In this document: piece after piece, positions 10,069-19,195 of the stretch
How the letters are laid out: every line of letters begins with the position of its first letter
Numbering within the stretch: position 1 is the stretch's first letter
Source of the DNA: Elusimicrobiota bacterium
Lineage (GTDB): Bacteria; Elusimicrobiota; Elusimicrobia; JACQJP01
Reading direction: 5' to 3'
DNA: 64,000 nucleotides
Assembly (NCBI GenBank): GCA_016204975.1
Contig: JACQJP010000055.1
Coordinates: 2,098-66,097, forward strand
Made by a program: the position numbers and the translations under genes
The notes under the pieces: generated by a model
What the model saw: only the letters and a program-made list of their open reading frames with translations
The model's database searches: none
Told to the model about the DNA's origin: nothing

Positions 10069-10941
10069 TTATTGGCGGGCTAAATAATTCCCCAGGGCGG
10101 TCTCCAAAGGCTCAGCAGTCAGAAAAAGCTGGTAGGAGGCCCCCATCCCCTTCAACCTCCAACGATAAGCATCCAAAATCTCTCCCAACAGCCGCCGATA
10201 GAGTTGGGACCACTCCCCGCGCCCCAAACGGAGCTGTGCCCCCTGCTCCAAATCCTCCACGAGAATGTTGCCCTCCCAGGGAAGCTCCCGCTCATCCGGA
10301 TCTAAAACCTGAAAGATCCGGCACTCATGGCGCCTGCCCCGCAAGGCACGCACCCAGGCCAAAAAGTCTTCCGGATCCCCCAAGAGGTCGGAGATCAAAA
10401 TCATCAAGGCCCTTTTCTTGACCCGCCCCTCCAGTTCCCGGAAAGCGAGCCCCAAGTCCGCTCCCCGCTGAGGAGAGTTTTTTTCCAACACCTTAAGCAT
10501 CTCGTGGAAATGATATTGATCGGTATGGGGAGGCAAAAAGGTGGTGGGACCGGGCCCCAAAAGCGCGAGTCCCACGGCGTCCCTCTGGGAGATCAGCAGA
10601 TATCCCAGGCAAGCGGCCAGAAAACAGGAGTACTGCCATTTTGAAATCGCCCCCCGGCTCCGATATCCCATGGACCCTGAGGCATCCAAAAGCAGATAAG
10701 CCTCCAAATTTCTCTCTTCCTCATACTGCTTGACGAAAAAGCGGTCGCTCCTGCCGTAGATCTTCCAGTCCAAACGTTTTAAATCATCCCCGGGGGCATA
10801 CTCCCGGTGCCGGGAAAATTCCAGACTGGATCCCTGAAAACGGCTCCGGTGCAACCCCACCTGCAGACCCTCTACCACCGTCTTGGCCACCAATTGGAGA
10901 TTGCGAAGACTCGCCAGGAGGGAAGGATTTAGATAACCCAT
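10069..10941 (-). CDS. DUF58-family protein (vWA-like, MoxR partner)
   Basis: Classic DUF58 motif FSRHREYAPGDDLKRLDWKIYGRSDRFFVKQYEEE and LLDASGSMGY. The ORF track extends the start to 11178 by reading through a MITE fragment. The ATG at 10941-10939 (MGYLNPSLL...) gives a typical DUF58 length of about 290 aa. Confidence 0.7.
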   Translation of the reverse strand: MGYLNPSLLASLRNLQLVAKTVVEGLQVGLHRSRFQGSSLEFSRHREYAPGDDLKRLDWKIYGRSDRFFVKQYEEERNLEAYLLLDASGSMGYRSRGAISKWQYSCFLAACLGYLLISQRDAVGLALLGPGPTTFLPPHTDQYHFHEMLKVLEKNSPQRGADLGLAFRELEGRVKKRALMILISDLLGDPEDFLAWVRALRGRRHECRIFQVLDPDERELPWEGNILVEDLEQGAQLRLGRGEWSQLYRRLLGEILDAYRWRLKGMGASYQLFLTAEPLETALGNYLARQ

Positions 10942-11075
10942 GGAAGAAGACGAAACAGCAATAACCGGACTCTTGCAAAGATATTGAGAAGGGGACTGGG
11001 CGGGGATTGCCTGGAGAAAACCCTGTGCAGCTTGGCCCTGGGCTACGAGCGAAGCGAGAGCCAAGCTGCACTCGG

Positions 11076-11154
11076 GAGCGAGCCTCGCAAATGGCAAGCG
11101 TTTTCCGGAAGGCAACCCCGGACAGGCCCCTAAAGTACCTCTTTGCAAAAGTCC
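11076..11154. mobile_element. partial MITE-like element (right half with terminal TTTGCAAAAGTCC) in the moxR-DUF58 intergenic region
   Basis: The sequence gagcctcgcaaatggcaagcgttttccggaaggcaacc...ctctttgcaaaagtcc aligns with the right halves of the full copies at 55106-55335 and 60176-60350. Confidence 0.5.
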
Positions 11155-11155
11155 A

Positions 11156-12232
11156 TCAATAGGACAACAACTTCTCAACGATCTTGTCCGTGCGAATCCC
11201 CTCCGCTTCGGCCTGAAAACTGGGGATGAGGCGATGCCGGAGGACCGGCGCCGCCAGCGCCCTCAGATCTTCTTCCGAAACGGCGTAGCGGCCATGGAGG
11301 ATGGCTCGGGCCTTGGCTCCCAAAATGAGCGCCTGGCTGGCGCGGGGCCCTCCTCCCCAAGCCACCCACTTGGCAATGAAGTCCGGAACGCCGCCGTCAG
11401 TGGGGCGGGTGAGCCGCACCCACCGCACCGCCTGTCCCACCGCCTCCTCCGAGGCCGGAACCCGGCGCACCACCTCCTGAAGACCCAGGATCTGGCGGGC
11501 ATCCAGCACCTTGCGCAAGCTCAGGCTCTTCTCGCCGGTCGTCTCCGAGACGATGCGCTGCTCCTCGCGCTCATCGGGATAATCCACATGAACCTGAAAC
11601 AGAAACCGGTCCAGCTGGGCCTCCGGGAGGGGATAGGTGCCTTCCTGCTCGATGGGATTTTGAGTGGCCAGGACAAAAAAGGGCTCCGGAAGGGAGTGGG
11701 TGCGGCCGGCCACCGTCACCTGCCACTCCTGCATGCCCTGAAGGAGCGCGGACTGCGTCTTGGGGGAGGTGCGGTTGATCTCATCGGCCAGCAGAATCTG
11801 GGCAAAAACAGGACCCGGAATAAACCGGAAATGCCGCTCTCGGGTAGCGGGATCCTCTTGGATGACTTCCGTGCCGGTGATGTCGGAAGGCATCAGGTCC
11901 GGCGTAAACTGGATGCGCCGAAACTCCAAATCCAGAATCCTCGCCAAACTGGAAACCATCAGGGTCTTGGCCAGGCCCGGAACCCCCACCAGCAGGCAGT
12001 GCCCGCGGCAAAAAAGCGCGATCAAGAGCTCCTCGATCACCGCCTCCTGGCCGACGATGACTTTGCGGAGCTCCCCCACGATCGCCTTCCGAGCCTCGGA
12101 AAGCCGCTCCACCAGCTCCAAATCCTTCTTGGGGGGATTTTCTTCCACCGGCCGCACCCTCACCCTCTCCGCCTGAGTCGCAGAATAGACGCCCCAAAAA
12201 AGATAACATGAAAAACCCTCATTTTCAATCAT
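11156..12232 (-). CDS. MoxR-family AAA+ ATPase
   Basis: Walker A LLVGVPGLAKT and conserved MoxR-like architecture. Operon partner of DUF58 and the vWA proteins. Confidence 0.85.
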   Translation of the reverse strand: MIENEGFSCYLFWGVYSATQAERVRVRPVEENPPKKDLELVERLSEARKAIVGELRKVIVGQEAVIEELLIALFCRGHCLLVGVPGLAKTLMVSSLARILDLEFRRIQFTPDLMPSDITGTEVIQEDPATRERHFRFIPGPVFAQILLADEINRTSPKTQSALLQGMQEWQVTVAGRTHSLPEPFFVLATQNPIEQEGTYPLPEAQLDRFLFQVHVDYPDEREEQRIVSETTGEKSLSLRKVLDARQILGLQEVVRRVPASEEAVGQAVRWVRLTRPTDGGVPDFIAKWVAWGGGPRASQALILGAKARAILHGRYAVSEEDLRALAAPVLRHRLIPSFQAEAEGIRTDKIVEKLLSY

Positions 12233-12284
12233 AAAAGCATCATAAAAACTGCCCGGAAAATGTGGATTTTGTATAATCCGGAGG

Positions 12285-13634
12285 GTGAAGATTCAGTCCA
12301 AGAAAATCGTCCTCTGCGCCGGGGTCCGCACCCCCTTCGGCCACATCGCCCGCTCCCTGGCCCAAGTCTATCCGGAGGAGCTTTTCCGGCAGACCTTGGA
12401 AGCTCTCCTGCGGAAGGCCTCCCTCTCCAAAGAAGCGGTAGATGGGGTGATCTGCGGCTGGGTGGGGCAAGGCTTCCATGCCCCCAATATCGCCCGCGTC
12501 ACCGCCCTAAAGGCGGGCCTCCCGGAGCGCGTCCAGGCCTTCACCGTCCAGAACAACTGCATCTCCTCGATTGAATCCGTAGCCGCCGCCGCCCGTTGCA
12601 TCCTCAGCGGCGAGGGGGAAGTTTATCTGGCCGGTGGCACCGAGTCCATGTCGCTATTGCCCTTCACCCTGCAGGGCTCCCGCGCCTCCAAAGAGCTGAG
12701 GAGCCTGGAGGCCTTGAAAAACCGCTGGGGGGAAATCCCCAAGAGCCAGGAGGTTGCTGTGGTGGACTCTCTGGAACAGGGCCTGACCGATCCCGTCCAA
12801 ACGATCAACATGGCGGCCACGGCCGAGGTATGCGCCCAGATATACGAAATCTCCCGGGAAAAACAGGACGTCTACGCTTTGGAGAGCTTCTCCCGGTGCC
12901 TGGCGGCCTGGAAAGAAGGCTTCTACCGTAGCCATGTCTTCCCGGTCACCCGCAACGGGGCGACACTTTTAGAAAAAGACGAATATCCCTTCCTGCGGGA
13001 GGAGCTCGTCTCCAAGCCGGAAAAATTCGCCAAAGCTCCCCTTTCCTTCGACACCTCCAGCTATCCCATCCAGAATTTCTACCACGATTTCGAGCGCCAC
13101 ATGCCGGGCAAAAACTACCAGGCGGGAAAAACAAAGGGGACGGTGACCCTGTTCAATTCCTGCGCCAGATCGGACGGCGCCTCCGCGGTGCTTCTCGCGA
13201 CCGAAGAGAAAGCCCGGAAGCTGAAACTACCCGTTCTGGCGGAAATCGCGGCCTGGGGATTTTACGGAAATAACCCCGCCCACATGGGGATCTCACCCGC
13301 CCTGGCCGCCCCCGTCGCCTTAGAGCGCGCGGGCATCTCTTTCGAGGAACTGGACTCCATCGAGCTCCACGAGCCCTTCGCCGCCACCGTCTTGTCCATC
13401 TTTAAGGTGGGAGAAGAGCGCTTCGGGAACCGATGGGAAGAAAAATGGAAACAGGGCCGCTTGAACCCCCATGGCGGCTCCATCGCCATGGGCCATCCCT
13501 TGGGGGCCACCGGCACGCGCCTGGTCTTAAACCTCCTCTACGCGCTCCAAAAAAAACCCTCCGCCCAATGGGGCCTGCTGGCGGCCTGTGCCGGCGGCGG
13601 CATGGGCGGGGCCATGGTGCTGAAAAAAGTTTAA
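12285..13634 (+). CDS. thiolase-family acetyl-CoA C-acyltransferase
   Basis: GTG start after GGAGG. Thiolase N- and C-terminal signatures: CAGVRTPFG, NNCISS, GGTESMS, C-terminal GGMGGAMVL. Confidence 0.8.
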   Translation: MKIQSKKIVLCAGVRTPFGHIARSLAQVYPEELFRQTLEALLRKASLSKEAVDGVICGWVGQGFHAPNIARVTALKAGLPERVQAFTVQNNCISSIESVAAAARCILSGEGEVYLAGGTESMSLLPFTLQGSRASKELRSLEALKNRWGEIPKSQEVAVVDSLEQGLTDPVQTINMAATAEVCAQIYEISREKQDVYALESFSRCLAAWKEGFYRSHVFPVTRNGATLLEKDEYPFLREELVSKPEKFAKAPLSFDTSSYPIQNFYHDFERHMPGKNYQAGKTKGTVTLFNSCARSDGASAVLLATEEKARKLKLPVLAEIAAWGFYGNNPAHMGISPALAAPVALERAGISFEELDSIELHEPFAATVLSIFKVGEERFGNRWEEKWKQGRLNPHGGSIAMGHPLGATGTRLVLNLLYALQKKPSAQWGLLAACAGGGMGGAMVLKKV

Positions 13635-14524
13635 CCCCGGGGATGGTATCTTTGGTGGTGGGACTTCAGGTGCCTGCGATCGAGGTGGGTATAGATTTGG
13701 GTGGAGGAGAGACTGGCATGTCCCAGCATCTCCTGGACGGAGCGCAGGTCCGCCCCGCCCCGAAGCAGATGGGTGGCAAAGGAATGCCGGAAGGTATGGG
13801 GGGAAATCTGTTTGGAGATTCCGGCGCGCCTGGCTGCATCCTTTAAATCCCGCCAAAACTGCACCCGGCTCAGTCTCTTGCCGCCCCGCCCCAAAAAAAC
13901 CTCCGGAGCCGTCTTGCGCTGCGCAAATCTCCTCTGCCGGAAATCCAGGTAGCGCCCCAAAGCCTCCACAGCGCGCGCATGAATGGGAATCAAGCGCTCC
14001 CGATTGCCCTTGCCGACGACCCGAACCCAACGCTCTTCCAATTGCAGCTGCTCGCGTTTGAGGCCGACCAGCTCCGAAACCCGCATGCCGGTGGCATAGA
14101 TCACCTCCAGCATGGCATGCATGCGGATCGCCTGCTCCTTTTTGGAGCCGGCACACTGCCACAACAACCTCTGGACCTCCTCAGGCTCCAAGACCACGGG
14201 GAGCCTCGCGGTCCGGCGGGGCAACCCCAGTCTGGCCACGGGATTTTTGGAGAGCTCTCCCTCGAAGATCAAGTAACGATAGAAGCTGCGCAGGGCCTGC
14301 ATCTTTCTGGATAGACTGGCCGGCTTCAGGGACAGCTTGGAATGCAAAAACCACAGGTAGTCCGAGATCTGCGAAGGCGTAATCCGCAGGAAGGGAATCC
14401 CTTTTTTCTGCAAAAACTGTAAGTAGTGTTCTAAATCCCTGCGGTAGGCCTGACAAGTATGGACCGAAAGACCGCGTTCCAGCGCCAGCTGCTTAATAAA
14501 CTCCGAGAGGTGATCGGTGATTTC
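13631..14524 (-). CDS. XerC/XerD-family tyrosine recombinase; N-terminus has no canonical start codon
   Basis: C-terminal catalytic region HTFRHSFATHLL...LGHASLSSTQIYTHL. The frame stays open upstream of the track's TTG start (14413) and encodes the expected core-binding N-terminus EITDHLSEFIKQLALERGLSVHTCQAYRRDLEHYLQFL. This frame runs directly into the recA stop codon (14525-14527) in the same frame, with no ATG, GTG or TTG in between. Confidence 0.75.
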   Translation of the reverse strand, partial: EITDHLSEFIKQLALERGLSVHTCQAYRRDLEHYLQFLQKKGIPFLRITPSQISDYLWFLHSKLSLKPASLSRKMQALRSFYRYLIFEGELSKNPVARLGLPRRTARLPVVLEPEEVQRLLWQCAGSKKEQAIRMHAMLEVIYATGMRVSELVGLKREQLQLEERWVRVVGKGNRERLIPIHARAVEALGRYLDFRQRRFAQRKTAPEVFLGRGGKRLSRVQFWRDLKDAARRAGISKQISPHTFRHSFATHLLRGGADLRSVQEMLGHASLSSTQIYTHLDRRHLKSHHQRYHPRG

Positions 14525-15586
14525 CTACCTCTTGCCGGCTACCTTTTCCTTGGCGGCCGCGGCCGCTCCGGAGACCGGCGCGGCGGAGGCGGGGGAGGGC
14601 AGGAGCTTTCCCTTGATGGCCGCTTCCAACTCCCGCGCAAAGGCAGGGTTGGCCCGCAAATGATTTTTGGCATTATCCCGTCCCTGGCCGATCCGGTCCC
14701 CTTTATAGAGGAACCAAGCCCCGTTTTTTTCCAGGAGGCCGATTTCCGCTCCCAGGTCCAGCAGGCCTCCTTCGCGAGAGATGCCGCTTCCATGGAACAT
14801 CTCAAACTCCGCCACCCGAAAAGGCGGGGCCACCTTGTTTTTGACCACCTTGACCCGCACCCGATTGCCGACCGCCTGGTCTGCAATCTTCAGGGTCTCA
14901 ATCCGGCGAATGTCCAGACGGACGGAGGCATAAAACTTCAGAGCCAAGCCTCCGGGAGTCGTCTCCGGGTTGCCGAACATCACCCCGATCTTCATGCGGA
15001 GCTGATTGATAAAAATCACCAAGGTCTTGCTGCGGGAGACGCTCGAGGTGAGCTTCCTCAAGGCCTGAGACATGAGCCTCGCTTGAAGCCCCACCTTCAG
15101 ATCCCCCATCTCCCCTTCGATCTCCGCTCGAGGCACCAGCGCCGCCACCGAATCCACGACAATCACGTCCAACGCCCCGGAGCGCACCAAGCGCTCGGTA
15201 ATCTCCAAAGCCTGCTCCCCCGAGTCCGGTTGGGAGATCAAAAGGCTGTCCACGTCCACCCCCAGCTTGGCGGCATAAATCGGATCCATCGCGTGTTCCG
15301 CATCAATGTAGGCGGCCATCCCTCCCTTTTGCTGGGCCTGGGCCACCACATGCAAGGCCAAGGTGGTTTTCCCGGAAGACTCCGGGCCGTAGATTTCCAC
15401 AACCCTTCCCCTGGGAAGCCCGCCGATCCCCAGGGCGCAATCCAAGGCAATGGCCCCGGTGGAGACAGACTCCATAGGAGTCAAAGCCCCTTGATTGCCC
15501 AGCCGCATGACGGCCTCCCGGCCAAAATCTTTCTCAATCTGACTCAGCGCCAGCTCCAACGCCTTATTTTTTTCGTCCTTAGCCAT
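14525..15586 (-). CDS. recA: recombinase RecA
   Basis: [22 protein letters not shown]..., Walker [10 protein letters not shown] and full-length RecA similarity. The start is trimmed to the ATG at 15586, which has an upstream GAGGGGG RBS. Confidence 0.95.
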   Translation of the reverse strand: MAKDEKNKALELALSQIEKDFGREAVMRLGNQGALTPMESVSTGAIALDCALGIGGLPRGRVVEIYGPESSGKTTLALHVVAQAQQKGGMAAYIDAEHAMDPIYAAKLGVDVDSLLISQPDSGEQALEITERLVRSGALDVIVVDSVAALVPRAEIEGEMGDLKVGLQARLMSQALRKLTSSVSRSKTLVIFINQLRMKIGVMFGNPETTPGGLALKFYASVRLDIRRIETLKIADQAVGNRVRVKVVKNKVAPPFRVAEFEMFHGSGISREGGLLDLGAEIGLLEKNGAWFLYKGDRIGQGRDNAKNHLRANPAFARELEAAIKGKLLPSPASAAPVSGAAAAAKEKVAGKR

Positions 15587-15661
15587 ATCGCACCCCCTCG
15601 CAATCTCCCGATCCACTGACCCCATTCTAGTAAAATCCCCGGAGTGGAACAAGGAGGGAAA

Positions 15662-17425
15662 CTAGGGTTGGGAGGTGACCCATTCCCGGACCAGGCGCCG
15701 AAGGACGGGGAGAGGCACCGAGCCGTTTTCCAAAACGGTATCGTGAAACTTGCGGATATCGAAACGCACGCCCAACCGCTCCTGGGCCTCCCGGCGGATG
15801 GAGCGGATTTCCCTGGAGCCCACCATATACGCCAGGGCCTGCCCCGGCCAGATGATGTAGCGGTCGGTCTCCACCCCGATCTCCTCATCGGACAAGGGGG
15901 CGTTCTCCCTTAAAAACTCGATGGTCTGCTCCCTTTCCCAGCGCATAGAATGAAGCCCGGTATCTACGACCAGCCGGCAGGCGCGCCAGGCCTGAAAGGT
16001 GAGCATCCCCATGCGGGACAACTCCTCCTGGTAAAGCTCCATCTCCTCGGCCAGTCTCTCGGCATACAGCGCCCACCCCTCGATAAAGGCGGTAAAACCT
16101 ACATGGCGGCGAAAATCGGGCAAATCCCTGTTTTCCATCGCCAGGGCGATCTGGAGATGGTGGCCCGGCAACGCCTCATGCGCCGCCAAGGCGGACGTTC
16201 CGTAGCGGTCGCGGGAAGCCGGATCGTAGGTATTGATGTAGTAGATCGCCGGGCGCTCCCCCCGGTCATCCGCAGGATAGTAAAAAGCGGCGGGGGCATC
16301 CTTCTCGCGGTAGTCCTCGATGGGCTTGACCACGCACTCCGTCTTGGGCAAACGCCCGAAAAATCGGGGGAGGCGCCGAGTGGCTCTCTGAAGTTCCCCG
16401 CGCGCCGTTTCCAGAATTTCCTCGCGAGTCGTGAAGAAATTTCCCGTGTCCTTGCGCATTTTCTCCAGGAACGCGGACAGGCTCCCGGCGTGCCCCATTC
16501 TTTTTGCGATGCCCTTCATCTCTGCCTGAATCCGGGAGAGCTCCTCCCGCCCGATCCGGTGAAGCTCGCCAGGGGAAAAATCCAGCGTGGTATGGTAGGT
16601 AATGAGATAGCGGTAGGCCTGGGAACCCCCCGGCAAGGCCCACAACCCTACCCGCGTCTTTCTGGATTTGGCCAGGTAACTCTGCCTAAAAAAATCCCGG
16701 AGTTTCTCAAAGGCGGGGTAGACGGAGTTTTGAATTTCTCCGAGGGTCAAATTCCGGTATTTTTCTGAAAGCTCCGAGGGCAGCTCCTGAACCTTGAGGC
16801 CAAAGGGGGAGCTTTCCGGGGGTGTTTGAAGCAGGCCTTCCAGCTGTTTTAAAACCCGCTGGACCGCCAGGCGGGGAGCCACCCGGCCTTCTAAAACTCC
16901 TTCCTTTAGATTGCCGATGTATTGATCTATGTATTTGGGAATTTTTTGAAAGCGGGCGATCAAGTCCTGGACGTCTTTCTCCGTTTTGAGGGGGGTAAAA
17001 TTCATGAGCTGTGGGAACCAGCTTTGCGGGCCGTCGATCTGGTCCACGTTCCACTGGTAAAGCTTTTGGGGATACCACCGGCGGTCCAAGTCTAGCCGAA
17101 AACGCAAAACCTCCCAACTGACCCGATCCGGACGGGAAAGACCCTCCGGGTCAATGCCCCCGGCACGATTCCATAACCCATCCAGCCGGTCCTGCCAGGC
17201 TTTTCTGCCCTCCGAACCGATCTCCTCGAGGAGTCCGTTGTAGCGTGGGTCTCCCAAAAAGGTGGCGTAGGTGGGGCTATTCTCCAGAACCGCTTCCCAG
17301 TAATCCTCCTGAAGATTCTCCAGCCTTCGGGTTTGCTCCTGCGAGACGCTCCGAGAAGAAAGAAGGGGAGGAAAGGCGATGAGGAGAACGGCCCACCATC
17401 CGGCGACAGTCAGAGCGCGAGACAT
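15662..17425 (-). CDS. DUF885-family secreted protein (putative metallopeptidase-like; HEALPGHH motif)
   Basis: 587 aa with an N-terminal signal peptide. The conserved DUF885 region includes HEALPGHHLQ. Confidence 0.7.
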   Translation of the reverse strand: MSRALTVAGWWAVLLIAFPPLLSSRSVSQEQTRRLENLQEDYWEAVLENSPTYATFLGDPRYNGLLEEIGSEGRKAWQDRLDGLWNRAGGIDPEGLSRPDRVSWEVLRFRLDLDRRWYPQKLYQWNVDQIDGPQSWFPQLMNFTPLKTEKDVQDLIARFQKIPKYIDQYIGNLKEGVLEGRVAPRLAVQRVLKQLEGLLQTPPESSPFGLKVQELPSELSEKYRNLTLGEIQNSVYPAFEKLRDFFRQSYLAKSRKTRVGLWALPGGSQAYRYLITYHTTLDFSPGELHRIGREELSRIQAEMKGIAKRMGHAGSLSAFLEKMRKDTGNFFTTREEILETARGELQRATRRLPRFFGRLPKTECVVKPIEDYREKDAPAAFYYPADDRGERPAIYYINTYDPASRDRYGTSALAAHEALPGHHLQIALAMENRDLPDFRRHVGFTAFIEGWALYAERLAEEMELYQEELSRMGMLTFQAWRACRLVVDTGLHSMRWEREQTIEFLRENAPLSDEEIGVETDRYIIWPGQALAYMVGSREIRSIRREAQERLGVRFDIRKFHDTVLENGSVPLPVLRRLVREWVTSQP

Positions 17426-17539
17426 TCGGATATCTTCATGCTATCACATTCCAAAAACTTTTACCGAAAATTTACCCTCCTTTTACCGATTTTTTACCTG
17501 GATCCCCTACACTTTGGGGGACAGACGGAGGAAGACAAG

Positions 17540-18502
17540 ATGATCCCCAGGAACTCTTCAAACCGCTGGATGTTGTGGGTGTCCGGAACCAGCCTGGCTT
17601 TGGCTTCAGGAGCCTCTGTGAACCTGATGGGATGGGATGTTTCCCTTCTTTTGGGCCTGACGGGTCTGGCGGGGGCCGCCCTCTTTTTCTTCCTATTAGG
17701 GGGTCCCCCCAACCTCTCTTGGGGCTCTGGACTCTCCGAAACGCTCTCCCAGCTCTGGCTGGCAGGCAGCACAGCCGGCACCGCCCTTCTGTCAGGAGCT
17801 GTGGTGATGTATGCCTTAAGCGGCGCCCCAGTCTCCTGGAAACAAGAGGCTCCCTTGACCAGCTCTCCTTTTCCGGTAGAATCGGCCTTGGAGGAAACCG
17901 GGGAGATAGTTTTAGAAAGCTCCCCTGGCCTTTCCTCCTTGGAATACCTAGGGCAGGTGATTCAGAGGGTTCCCGCTCCACCGGTCCTTCCTCAATCTAA
18001 ACCGGCGGTTGCCTGGGGCGTTCCCGTTCCCCAGCCCAAGCAAAAGCTAAAGGCGGTTCATGTGGGGGCCAAAAACCAGGTGAGCCAACGCTCCGCGGCG
18101 GTCTCCCCGGTCAAACTTTCCAACAACGCAGGGAGGGCCAAAAGCGGGATAAATCCCGCTTTTACAGCCGCGATGGAACCTTCCATTACTGATCCAAACC
18201 CCGGCGTCTTTGAGGTTCCACAGCTGCTACAAGCTCAAACCCAGGAGCCGGCCGGTCAGATTGCCGGCCAGATCTCGACCGTTGCCAATACCCCCCCTGC
18301 AAGTGAGCAGGCCGGACAGGCTCCGCAGGAGCTGAAGTCGTTGGAGCAAAGAAAGGTGGAAAACCCAGAGGGGACTCGCAAAGAGGAGGAAGCCTCTTCC
18401 GCCAGGATCGTCTCCGGAATCTTCCTCTTTCAGGGAGCAAAGAATCAGTTTCCCTCCAATCAACCTTCGGGAGAAAGCCATGACCCCCAAAAACCCTTTT
18501 GA
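17540..18502 (+). CDS. hypothetical membrane protein with a Pro/Gln/Ala-rich low-complexity extracellular region
   Basis: ATG at 17540 after GGAGGA. TM segments near the N-terminus. No recognizable domain. Confidence 0.4.
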   Translation: MIPRNSSNRWMLWVSGTSLALASGASVNLMGWDVSLLLGLTGLAGAALFFFLLGGPPNLSWGSGLSETLSQLWLAGSTAGTALLSGAVVMYALSGAPVSWKQEAPLTSSPFPVESALEETGEIVLESSPGLSSLEYLGQVIQRVPAPPVLPQSKPAVAWGVPVPQPKQKLKAVHVGAKNQVSQRSAAVSPVKLSNNAGRAKSGINPAFTAAMEPSITDPNPGVFEVPQLLQAQTQEPAGQIAGQISTVANTPPASEQAGQAPQELKSLEQRKVENPEGTRKEEEASSARIVSGIFLFQGAKNQFPSNQPSGESHDPQKPF

Positions 18503-18622
18503 GCGTTGTGCTCCGGCTCTCTATTTTACCGCACTCCCTTACACCATGGGTGAAGGACGCATCAAAGATCCTTCAGATCAAGTTGAGGAGGTGGAACTAA
18601 AATGCAAACGTTAGAGAAAGGA

Positions 18623-19036
18623 ATGTCCAAGATCCTCTTGATTGCGGGTCTAGGACTATTCGGCTGGTTGGGAGGGGTGAGTCAGGGATGGGCTGCTTGG
18701 CCCGGTGAGCCGACCATCCAGAATCCAAACAACGGTGCTACAGTGAGGAAGGGCGCAACCGTCCCCATATACGGCACGATAAAACCCATAAACTGCGTCG
18801 GTGCCTGCCCCAGACCTCGGTATGTAAGAATAACTCTCAAGTCTGGGGGGAGCGTCATTAGGGTTCTTGGACAGGCCTCCATCAATGGGACCAACTGGGG
18901 TACAATCTCCTGGAAGGTAACCGAGTCGGGCAATAGCAACGGCACTGCCAGAAAATACTCCCTGAAGAGGGAAGTTATCTACTCCAACCAGTCTGTGAAG
19001 TCGTATGAAGGTCACGTGGTTTACGTGAAGAACTAG
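18623..19036 (+). CDS. small secreted hypothetical protein (signal peptide), in a lower-GC patch
   Basis: MSKILLIAGLGLFGWLGGVSQGWA signal peptide. Local GC content is visibly lower than the surroundings. Confidence 0.4.
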   Translation: MSKILLIAGLGLFGWLGGVSQGWAAWPGEPTIQNPNNGATVRKGATVPIYGTIKPINCVGACPRPRYVRITLKSGGSVIRVLGQASINGTNWGTISWKVTESGNSNGTARKYSLKREVIYSNQSVKSYEGHVVYVKN

Positions 19037-19072
19037 AAATCCGGCCTCAGTTCCGGAGAAGTGTTCAGGGAA

Positions 19073-19104
19073 GGGCCGCATGACGCGGTCCTTCTCTTTT
19101 TTGA
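19073..19104 (+). terminator. candidate intrinsic terminator downstream of the small secreted protein gene
   Basis: GC stem gggccgc/gcggtcc with loop atgac, followed by ttctcttttttgag. Confidence 0.35.
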
Positions 19105-19195
19105 GTTCACTCAGGATTGCCTGTGTGTTCCTGATGGATGATGGGTCTATTTGGGTTTAGGGAAGTAGCTGTAGCGGAAGTTGAGCACGCCTAAG

